NCBI GenBank assembly: GCA_002923195.1
Contig: BDTH01000076.1
Coordinates: forward strand, 1 to 42,951
Source of the DNA: a bacterium BMS3Abin15
GTDB taxonomy: Bacteria > Patescibacteriota > Minisyncoccia > Moranbacterales > 2-12-FULL-40-10
Direction of reading: 5' to 3'
Length of the DNA: 42,951 nt
Made by a program: the position numbers and the translations under genes. How positions within the stretch are numbered: position 1 is the first letter of the stretch; each line of letters starts with the position of its first letter. Shown one piece after another: positions 36,197-42,951 of this stretch. The notes beneath the pieces are model-generated. The model was not told the DNA's origin and made no database searches. It saw only the letters and a program-made list of their open reading frames with translations.

Positions 36197-36505
36197 ATGA
36201 AATTTGGCCCCTGGGAAACACTAGCAACCGCCACAGTAATTTCAGCTGTTTTGATGTTTTTGTTTTTTTTGGCACTACATTTTAAAACAAGAAACAACAG
36301 AAAGAAGAAGGAAAATAAGGGGGAAAATATGGATGAGGGAACTGTGCTGAAAAAAGTTGTAAAGGCGGCACTTTCAAAGGAAACGTGCGTTACGGAAACT
36401 TTCGGCCCCAGAAACAAAATCATCGGAGCTACGGCCCTTACGAGATCAAAAGGAGTTGACATTGCGAAGGATATTAAAGAAGTTATGAAAGAAAGGTCTA
36501 TGTAA
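36197..36505 (+). CDS. Hypothetical protein: N-terminal TM plus a C-terminal module (internal start 36329) similar to 33305-33475
   Basis: GGGAGG SD at the first start; AAGGGGG SD before in-frame ATG 36329. Confidence 0.6.
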   Translation: MKFGPWETLATATVISAVLMFLFFLALHFKTRNNRKKKENKGENMDEGTVLKKVVKAALSKETCVTETFGPRNKIIGATALTRSKGVDIAKDIKEVMKERSM

Positions 36506-36526
36506 AGACCTCAAAAGGAGGGGAAA

Positions 36527-37273
36527 ATGAGAAGAATTATCGACGCAAAAAGAAGTGTGATTGTAGCGGCTGATGTCGCTGATATAGAATCACTTAAGCA
36601 ATTGATTGCCTCAACAATTGAAGTTCCCGGTATTGGTGGCTACAAACTTGGCATTGAACTCGGACTTGGAGGTCTGGGTGAAGCAGCAACAGTTATTCAC
36701 AAGATGAGTGAGGGAGTTGGCAGGCATATCGCCGTGATTTACGATCATCAAAAAGCTGGCAACGACATTCCGCCTATGGGGGATAAGTTTGCACTTAAAC
36801 TAAGAGACTCTGGAATAGATGCTGCTATACTTTTCCCTTTTGCAGGGCCGGCGACGCAAAAACGGTGGACAGAGGCATGTGTTAAAGTAGGACTTGATGT
36901 TATTACTGGTGGAGTCATGACTCATGATGAATTTCTTGTCAGTGAGGGTGGATACATATCCGATGATGCCCCAGAGCGTATCTATAGACTAGCGACCGAG
37001 CTGGGCGTTCGACATTTTGTTGTTCCGGGAACGAAGATACACTGGGTCGAAAAAATAAATAAATTGCTGGATGAGTTAATTGGTTCCGACCAGTATGTAT
37101 TATATGCTCCTGGATTTATCGATCAGGGTGGAGATATTTCCGTCTGTGGCAATGCCGCTGGTGAAGAATGGCATGCAATTGTGGGTACAGCCATTTATGG
37201 AAAAGGTGAGCTTAATTCTCCGGATGAGATGCGCAAAGCCGCGGAGATCGTAACGAAACAGATTGCTGCTTAA
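36527..37273 (+). CDS. pyrF: Orotidine-5'-phosphate decarboxylase (divergent)
   Basis: IVAADV, GYKLG, YDHQKAGNDIP (variant of DxKxxDIP), VVPG, APGFIDQGG, IVGTAIY; adjacent to pyrE. Confidence 0.85.
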   Translation: MRRIIDAKRSVIVAADVADIESLKQLIASTIEVPGIGGYKLGIELGLGGLGEAATVIHKMSEGVGRHIAVIYDHQKAGNDIPPMGDKFALKLRDSGIDAAILFPFAGPATQKRWTEACVKVGLDVITGGVMTHDEFLVSEGGYISDDAPERIYRLATELGVRHFVVPGTKIHWVEKINKLLDELIGSDQYVLYAPGFIDQGGDISVCGNAAGEEWHAIVGTAIYGKGELNSPDEMRKAAEIVTKQIAA

Positions 37274-37342
37274 ATGCAAAAAAATCAATCGGTGGTGAAG
37301 ATAATCTCAAAACCACCGAAATTTTTTGGAAGGAGAGAAAAG

Positions 37343-38149
37343 ATGCACGAAGACGAAATAAAGAAAATATTTTCAGACGCCGACGCTATTATAACGGATG
37401 ACCACTTCGTCTATGCGCAGAAGTCCGACGGATGGTATCATGGGTCTGCTTATGTCAATAAAGATGCGATCTACCCATACACTAGAGTTATCAGTCCGCT
37501 GTGCAAAGAAATTGCTAACTACTTCAAAGATGCTGGTGTTGAAGTGGTTGTAGGACCAACAATAGGAGGGGTTAGTCTTTCTCAATGGGTGAGTTATCAT
37601 CTAGCTTCTTCTAATGACCAAAAAGAAGTTCTAGCGGTATTTGCCGAAGAAGAAGATGTATTTGATATTCATGAGATGCCCAGCGGAGATTTTGTAACGA
37701 TGCTTGCAACAGATTTTAAGCCCGTTACTATTACTAGCGTTAGATTACAAGAAAGGGGAATGTATCCACATGCTCTTGAAAAAGTTGTTTATAAGATCAA
37801 AGTTGGTACCAAGAGGATTTTCAAGCGTGGATATGATAAAGTTGTAAAAGGAAAAAAATGTCTTGTTGTCGAGGATATTATAAATTCTGGGGCTACAGTC
37901 CAAAAGACAATTAAGGCAATCAGAGACGCCGGGGGTGATGTTGTCGGGGTAGGCGCGTTATGTAATCGGAGCGGCGGCACGGTAAAGGGAGAAACTCTTA
38001 GTGTACCGGTGCTTCATTCACTTTTGAACATTCGTATGAGAATGATCAAGGAGGATGTCTGTCACATTTGTAGGGAAAAAGGCGAGAAATCGGTGCGTAC
38101 GGACCTAGGAAAAGGGAAGGAATTTCTTGTCCGAAAAGGATTGTTATAG
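37343..38149 (+). CDS. pyrE: Orotate phosphoribosyltransferase-like PRTase with internal insertion
   Basis: HFVY....H...YVNKD, VVVGPTIGG, PRPP motif LVVEDIINSGAT, VGALCNRS, C-x-x-C tail; start set to SD-led ATG 37343 (37274 possible). Confidence 0.8.
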   Translation: MHEDEIKKIFSDADAIITDDHFVYAQKSDGWYHGSAYVNKDAIYPYTRVISPLCKEIANYFKDAGVEVVVGPTIGGVSLSQWVSYHLASSNDQKEVLAVFAEEEDVFDIHEMPSGDFVTMLATDFKPVTITSVRLQERGMYPHALEKVVYKIKVGTKRIFKRGYDKVVKGKKCLVVEDIINSGATVQKTIKAIRDAGGDVVGVGALCNRSGGTVKGETLSVPVLHSLLNIRMRMIKEDVCHICREKGEKSVRTDLGKGKEFLVRKGLL

Positions 38150-38166
38150 AGTAGGAAAAAAATAAG

Positions 38167-38195
38167 AAAGGAGCAGATAAATATCTGCTCCTTTT
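38167..38195. terminator. Intrinsic terminator between convergent pyrE and rpmB
   Basis: AAAGGAGCAGATA-AA-TATCTGCTCCTTTT. Confidence 0.85.
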
Positions 38196-38254
38196 AATTT
38201 TATGTTCATGCGCGTACATACGGACGTATGTACGTAAAGAAAAAAAGAATAAGA

Positions 38255-38434
38255 TTAAGCGGACTTAACCTTCGACATTGTCTTAATACATTTGGTACAG
38301 ACTTTTTTTCTTTTTCCGTCTATTTTTTTTGTCTGAAGATTAACGTTAAATTTTCTCTTGGTGGCAACCTTGGAATGAGATACGGCAAATCCTGTTTGAG
38401 GTCCACGACCACATATGTCACAAACTCGACTCAT
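38255..38434 (-). CDS. rpmB: 50S ribosomal protein L28, zinc-ribbon type (not in ORF track)
   Basis: Manual translation [59 protein letters not shown]. Confidence 0.96.
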   Translation of the reverse strand: MSRVCDICGRGPQTGFAVSHSKVATKRKFNVNLQTKKIDGKRKKVCTKCIKTMSKVKSA

Positions 38435-38438
38435 GAAA

Positions 38439-38529
38439 TTAGTAACTCGTAACTAGTAACTCGTAACTAGCAATGAAATTTATCATAAGAGATATTTCTG
38501 ATTACTGATTACCGATTACTGATTACTAA
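38439..38529 (-). repeat. 7-mer tandem/inverted element in the rpmB leader
   Basis: Plus strand (TAGTAAC-TCGTAAC)x2 ... (T/C)GATTAC x4; arms pair with G-U only on the minus strand. Confidence 0.8.
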
Positions 38530-38587
38530 GTATATTTGATTAGTTACAAAATTCAGGTTATCATATAAATAAATTTTTGACAAGCAT

Positions 38588-39289
38588 ATGCCCGCAGAGA
38601 TTATATTAATAGTTTTTCAAGTAGCGATATTGATAATGTCGGTCGTCATTCATGAGGTTTCTCACGGAGTGTCCGCTTTGTGGTTGGGTGATCCGACTGC
38701 TAAATACGCCGGACGACTAACCCTTAATCCCCTGAAGCATCTGGATTTGTGGGGATCTTTTCTAGTACCCTTAATCATGATCTTAACCTTAGGCTTTGGA
38801 TTTGGCTGGGCTAAACCAGTACCGTATAATCCCTACAATCTGCGCGATCAGAAAAAGGGTCCTGCAATAGTTGGATTAGCTGGGCCACTTTCTAATATTG
38901 TCGTGGCTTTAATTTTTGGCTTAGGAGCCAGGTTTATTCCGCTAGGATCTGTTGTTAAGGTAGATATAATACAAAATTTAATGCAATTCAACTTTTCAGA
39001 TCTAGCCGTTGCCATCTCTGGATCTTTTGCCTCTATTTTCTTTCTGATTTTTGTAATGATAGTGTTTATTAATGTTATATTAGCCTTTTTCAATTTAATC
39101 CCCATACCCCCCTTAGACGGCTCTAAATTGCTATTTTCTATTATCCCACTTAGAACAGAAACGAAAATTATGTTGGAACAGTTCGGGTTTGTTTTTCTAT
39201 TAATGTTTATTTTCCTCTTTTCCGGATTATTAGGGAGTTTTCTAATAGGTGCTTTGTCGTTATTTTTCAGATATGTTGTCGGATTATAA
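38588..39289 (+). CDS. Site-2 protease family (peptidase M50) membrane metalloprotease
   Basis: HEVSH, GDPTAK.AGRLTLNP, GWAKPVP, AGPLSN, NLIPIPPLDG. Confidence 0.93.
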   Translation: MPAEIILIVFQVAILIMSVVIHEVSHGVSALWLGDPTAKYAGRLTLNPLKHLDLWGSFLVPLIMILTLGFGFGWAKPVPYNPYNLRDQKKGPAIVGLAGPLSNIVVALIFGLGARFIPLGSVVKVDIIQNLMQFNFSDLAVAISGSFASIFFLIFVMIVFINVILAFFNLIPIPPLDGSKLLFSIIPLRTETKIMLEQFGFVFLLMFIFLFSGLLGSFLIGALSLFFRYVVGL

Positions 39290-39308
39290 GGCGCGATTAG
39301 TCGCTATA

Positions 39309-39337
39309 TTGACATTATTTTAGAAGTTTTGTATTAT
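39309..39337 (+). promoter_or_regulatory. Sigma70-type promoter of the str operon
   Basis: TTGACA, 17 nt, TATTAT. Confidence 0.65.
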
Positions 39338-39359
39338 TAACTCTGCTAGCTATTTATAT

Positions 39360-39484
39360 AAAAATTAAATATCAAAGTGCAAATCTCAAAATTTAGGTAT
39401 TCGCTCCGCTTATGGTTTGTTTTGAAGAGATTGTTGCGAGGCGATTCCGAAGTTTTGATTTTTTATTTTTAAATTTTTATTTTA
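39360..39484 (+). repeat. A-rich/T-rich 7-mer-periodic palindromic element in the rpsL leader
   Basis: AAAATTAAATATCAAAGTGCAAATCTCAAAAT ... GTTTTGATTTTTTATTTTTAAATTTTTATTTTT, with an inner TCGCTCCGC/GCGAGGCGA stem. Confidence 0.6.
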
Positions 39485-39497
39485 AGCGAAAGCGAAT

Positions 39498-39917
39498 ATG
39501 CCGACTATCAACCAATTGGTAAAAAAGAAAAGAAAATCCATCAAGAAAAAGTCAAAGTCTCCGGCTATGACCCATGTTTTTAATACTTTAAAAAACAGGC
39601 CAGTTAAGTCTCAGGGTCCATTCAAGAGAGGAGTTTGTATAAAAGTCGGGACTGTTACTCCCAGAAAGCCTAACTCAGCGCTCAGAAAGATCGCCAGAGT
39701 CCGCCTTACCAATGGAATGGAAGTAACAGCTTATATTCCCGGAATTGGACATAATCTGCAAGAGCATTCAATTGTAGTAATCCGCGGGGGAAGAGTGAAG
39801 GATCTTCCAGGTGTTAGATATCATGTTGTGAGAGGGGTTCTTGACACTGGGGGAACGGAAAATAGAAAAAGAGGACGAAGTAAATATGGAGCAAAAAGAC
39901 CCAAGGAAAGCAAATAA
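39498..39917 (+). CDS. rpsL: 30S ribosomal protein S12
   Basis: [32 protein letters not shown]. Confidence 0.99.
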   Translation: MPTINQLVKKKRKSIKKKSKSPAMTHVFNTLKNRPVKSQGPFKRGVCIKVGTVTPRKPNSALRKIARVRLTNGMEVTAYIPGIGHNLQEHSIVVIRGGRVKDLPGVRYHVVRGVLDTGGTENRKRGRSKYGAKRPKESK

Positions 39918-39922
39918 TGATT

Positions 39923-40051
39923 TAAATCGCGAATCAACTCGAATTTAATCTCCTGCCCGCAATGCTTCGCAATGGCGTTGCAGGCGGGCGAATATTCGCG
40001 AATAATTATCAGAGATAATTAGTGAATTAATTAGCGTAAATTAGAGATTTA
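39923..40051 (+). repeat. GxxExxY-type palindromic element without gene, with nested GC-rich hairpin 39952-39988
   Basis: TAAATCGCG-AAT-CAACTCG-AAT-TTAATCT[insert]CG-AAT-ATTCGCG-AAT / ATCAGAGATA-ATTAGTGAATTA-ATTAGCGTAA-ATTAGAG-ATTTA. Confidence 0.8.
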
Positions 40052-40058
40052 TAACATC

Positions 40059-40526
40059 ATGCCGCGAAAAAAAAGAAAACATGTAAGGCATTGGAAAATA
40101 GACCCAAAGCATGGCAACATACTGGTTGGGCGTTTTATTGGTATCATGATGATTGATGGCAAAAAGGGAAAAGCGGAAAAAATTGTTTATGATTCTCTTG
40201 ATATTATTCACGAGCGCACTAAAAAAGGCGGACTCAATGTATTCGAACAAGCCATAAAAAATATTTCTCCTCTTCTGGAAATTAAATCAAGAAGGATTGG
40301 GGGAGCTAATTATCAGGTACCCATACAGGTTGCCGGAGATAGAAGGCAAACTTTGGCAATGAGGTGGATAAGAGATGCCTGCAGAGGAAAAAAAGGTAAA
40401 AAAATGGCAGATAAATTGGCTAGTGAATTAATAGATGCTTCTGATAAAACCGGAGCAGCCATGAAGAAGAGAGAAGATACTCATCGTATGGCAGAAGCCA
40501 ACAAGGCTTTTGCTCACTTTGCATAA
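40059..40526 (+). CDS. rpsG: 30S ribosomal protein S7
   Basis: MIDGKKGKAE, SRRIGGANYQVP, HRMAEANKAFAHF. Confidence 0.99.
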   Translation: MPRKKRKHVRHWKIDPKHGNILVGRFIGIMMIDGKKGKAEKIVYDSLDIIHERTKKGGLNVFEQAIKNISPLLEIKSRRIGGANYQVPIQVAGDRRQTLAMRWIRDACRGKKGKKMADKLASELIDASDKTGAAMKKREDTHRMAEANKAFAHFA

Positions 40527-40529
40527 GTT

Positions 40530-42611
40530 ATGGAAAAAAAGACACCAATAGATAGGCTAAGAAACATAGGGATTATTGCCCATATTGACGCCGGTAAAAC
40601 CACAGTTACCGAGCGTATTTTATATTACACCGGAATTACTCACAAGATCGGAGAAGTTCATGAGGGTGAAGCTACTATGGACTGGATGGAACAGGAAAGA
40701 GAAAGAGGGATTACCATTACTAGCGCCGCTACCACATGCTTCTGGAAAGACGTTCAAATTAATATTATTGATACCCCTGGACACGTTGACTTTACTGTTG
40801 AGGTAGAGAGATCTCTCAGGGTACTTGATGGAGGTGTAGTTATTTTAGACGGAAAAGAAGGTGTTGAGCCGCAATCAGAAACTGTTTGGCGCCAGGCGGA
40901 CAAATATAATGTCCCGAGAATATTTTTTATAAATAAAATAGATAAGGAGGGAGCAGACTTTAATTATTCAATTAATTCAGTTTGGGACAGACTGACTCCC
41001 CATGCAGTGGCCATTCAGATTCCTATAGGGGAACGTTCTAATTTTAAAGGAGTTGTGGATCTTGTAAAAATGAAGTCGTATACTTTTGATGGAGAAAAAG
41101 GGGAAAAGGTCGTAGAAGCTGAAGTGCCATCTGAATTGCTGGACAAAGCTAAAGAGTGGAGGGAAAAAATGGTGGAAAAAATAGCAGAAACTGATGATCA
41201 ACTGACAGAAAAATTTTTAGAAGGAAAGGAAATCTCCGAAGATGAATTAAGGAAAGCGCTAAGAAAAGCTACTATCGAAGCTAAAATATTTCCTGTTCTT
41301 ACTGGAACAGCTCTTCGTAATAAAGGAGTTCAATTAATTCTTGATGCAGTAATTGACTACTTTCCTTCGCCGATTGACATTCCTTCAGTAAAGGGGACTG
41401 ACGTTAAAACAGAAAAAGAAATCGAAAGAGAAGTTTCAGATGGTGAGCCATTTGCCGCCCTGGCCTTTAAAGTAGCTACTGATCCATTTGTAGGACAGCT
41501 TACATTTTTTAGAATTTACTCAGGAACAGTTAAGGCTGGTTCCTATGTTTATAATTCTACCAAAGATGAGAAGGAAAGAATTGGAAGAATTTTGCGTATG
41601 CACGCCAACCACAGGGAAGAAATTGAAGAACTCGGCGCCGGAGAGATCGGAGCGTTAGTTGGACTTAAGAGCACTACTACTGGAGACACTCTTTGTGACG
41701 AGGATAAGCCAATTATTCTTGAGTCAATAACTTTTCCTGAACCAGTTATAGATATCACCGTTGAGCCAAAGACCAAGGCTGATCAGGAAAAAATGGGTCT
41801 GGCACTTAAGAAGCTAGCAGAAGAGGATCCAACTTTCAGAGTTAGAGTTGATGAAGAAACAGGACAAACTATTATTTCTGGAATGGGAGAGCTTCATTTG
41901 GATATTATCGTGGATAGAATGAGGAGGGAGTTTAAAGTAGAGGCCAATATCGGACAGCCGCAGGTAGCTTATAGGGAAACTATTAAATCCAAAGCTGAAG
42001 CGGAAGGAAAATATATCCGCCAGTCGGGTGGTCGGGGACAGTATGGGCATTGTTGGCTTCGAGTTGAACCTCAAGAGCCTGGAGAAGGCTACGAATTCCT
42101 TAATGAGATTAAGGGCGGGGTTATCCCTCAAGAATTTATTCCGGCTGTAGAAAAAGGTATCAAGGAAGCTATGGATAATGGAGTATTGGCCGGATACCCA
42201 GTGGTTGATGTTAAAGCCGCGCTTTATGATGGCTCATTTCATGATGTAGACTCTTCAGAATCGGCTTTTAAAATTGCAGGATCTATGGCATTTCAAGAGG
42301 CAGCCAGAAGGGCCAAGCTAGTTTTATTAGAGCCAATAATGAAAGTAGAAGTAACCACCCCAGAGCGGTTTATGGGAGATGTGGTCGGAGATTTAAACTC
42401 TCGTCGAGGAATTATTAAAGAGATAAATGACAGAGGAGAAGGAAATGCTGCAGTCAAGGAAATCAGCGCAGAAGTTCCTTTGGCTTCCATGTTCGGTTAT
42501 GCCACCCAGCTTCGAAGCATGACTCAGGGAAGAGCTAATTACTCGATGGAATTCGGGCATTATAGCGAAGTCCCGAACAATGTAGCAGAGGAAATCGCGG
42601 GGAATAAATAA
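40530..42611 (+). CDS. fusA: Elongation factor G
   Basis: [47 protein letters not shown]; 693 aa. Confidence 0.99.
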   Translation: MEKKTPIDRLRNIGIIAHIDAGKTTVTERILYYTGITHKIGEVHEGEATMDWMEQERERGITITSAATTCFWKDVQINIIDTPGHVDFTVEVERSLRVLDGGVVILDGKEGVEPQSETVWRQADKYNVPRIFFINKIDKEGADFNYSINSVWDRLTPHAVAIQIPIGERSNFKGVVDLVKMKSYTFDGEKGEKVVEAEVPSELLDKAKEWREKMVEKIAETDDQLTEKFLEGKEISEDELRKALRKATIEAKIFPVLTGTALRNKGVQLILDAVIDYFPSPIDIPSVKGTDVKTEKEIEREVSDGEPFAALAFKVATDPFVGQLTFFRIYSGTVKAGSYVYNSTKDEKERIGRILRMHANHREEIEELGAGEIGALVGLKSTTTGDTLCDEDKPIILESITFPEPVIDITVEPKTKADQEKMGLALKKLAEEDPTFRVRVDEETGQTIISGMGELHLDIIVDRMRREFKVEANIGQPQVAYRETIKSKAEAEGKYIRQSGGRGQYGHCWLRVEPQEPGEGYEFLNEIKGGVIPQEFIPAVEKGIKEAMDNGVLAGYPVVDVKAALYDGSFHDVDSSESAFKIAGSMAFQEAARRAKLVLLEPIMKVEVTTPERFMGDVVGDLNSRRGIIKEINDRGEGNAAVKEISAEVPLASMFGYATQLRSMTQGRANYSMEFGHYSEVPNNVAEEIAGNK

Positions 42612-42694
42612 CTATTGCAATGTATTGGATTTGTAATATAATAAAACCAGTATAAAATAGCGAACAAAAACGACTCCAAAATTCATAATCCATC

Positions 42695-42951
42695 ATGCGA
42701 ACAAGAAAAGAATTAATTAAATTTCAAAAATCCAAAACAAGAGTATTCTTGTTGTTGGTTTTTTCTTTTCTATTCCTGATTATTTTATCCATGCCGAATA
42801 ATGCCAGCGCTGACATTACTTCCAGCTTAGTTGGCCATTGGGAATTTGATGAAGGAACCGGCAATACAACAACGGCTGATTCTTCCGGAAGCGGTTATAC
42901 GGGCACCATGACTAATATGGAAAGCGGGGACTGGGTAACGGACGGAGTAGG
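42695..42951 (+). CDS. Secreted LamG/concanavalin-A-like domain protein, 3'-truncated (not in ORF track)
   Basis: Manual translation: signal peptide MRTRKELIKFQKSKTRVFLLLVFSFLFLIILSMPNNASA, then DITSSLVGHWEFDEGTGNTTTADSSGSGYTGTMTNM...W, the typical LamG-like start; frame open to the window end. Confidence 0.8.
   Translation, partial: MRTRKELIKFQKSKTRVFLLLVFSFLFLIILSMPNNASADITSSLVGHWEFDEGTGNTTTADSSGSGYTGTMTNMESGDWVTDGV

Noticed and set aside
38228-38452. 74-aa plus-strand ORF in the track
   Set aside because: Antisense shadow of rpmB (38255-38434, minus strand).
38439-38529. CRISPR or other guide-RNA array
   Set aside because: 7-nt tandem units without unique spacers; no cas or other effector gene recognised; better explained as a palindromic element.

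Overview
AT-rich bacterial chromosome segment whose gene content and order point to Patescibacteria/CPR (Parcubacteria, possibly Moranbacteria; taxonomy is inference). Core blocks: YbaK-scpA-scpB-DD-carboxypeptidase-GxxExxY-mraY; lower glycolysis (pgk, eno, gpmI, PfkB kinase); an ftsA-like gene plus a baseplate-J-like membrane protein; infA-rpmJ-rpsM-rpsK-rpsD-rpoA-rplQ-rplM-rpsI; a two-component cluster (3 histidine kinases, receiver-only regulators, an LVIVD propeller, a small AbrB-like gene); rarA, ddl, pyrF, pyrE, rpmB, an M50 protease; rpsL-rpsG-fusA, then a truncated LamG-type secreted protein. The ORF track misses several real genes: rpmJ, rpmB, AbrB-like, two small SD-led ORFs and the terminal LamG gene. 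Most notable: (1) many intergenic gaps of core operons hold imperfect, periodic palindromic elements. One family flanks the GxxExxY nuclease gene and also occurs 'empty' in ribosomal operons, some copies with a second mini-hairpin nested inside, which suggests a nuclease-associated miniature mobile-element system. (2) A doubly frameshifted gene at 491-1183 ends in an A-depleted, DGR-type variable region with no TR or RT in the window, next to a decayed IS481-like transposase. (3) A 7-bladed LVIVD propeller with His at the same position in 6 of 7 blades sits between two histidine kinases. No rRNA, intact tRNA, CRISPR array or reverse transcriptase was seen.
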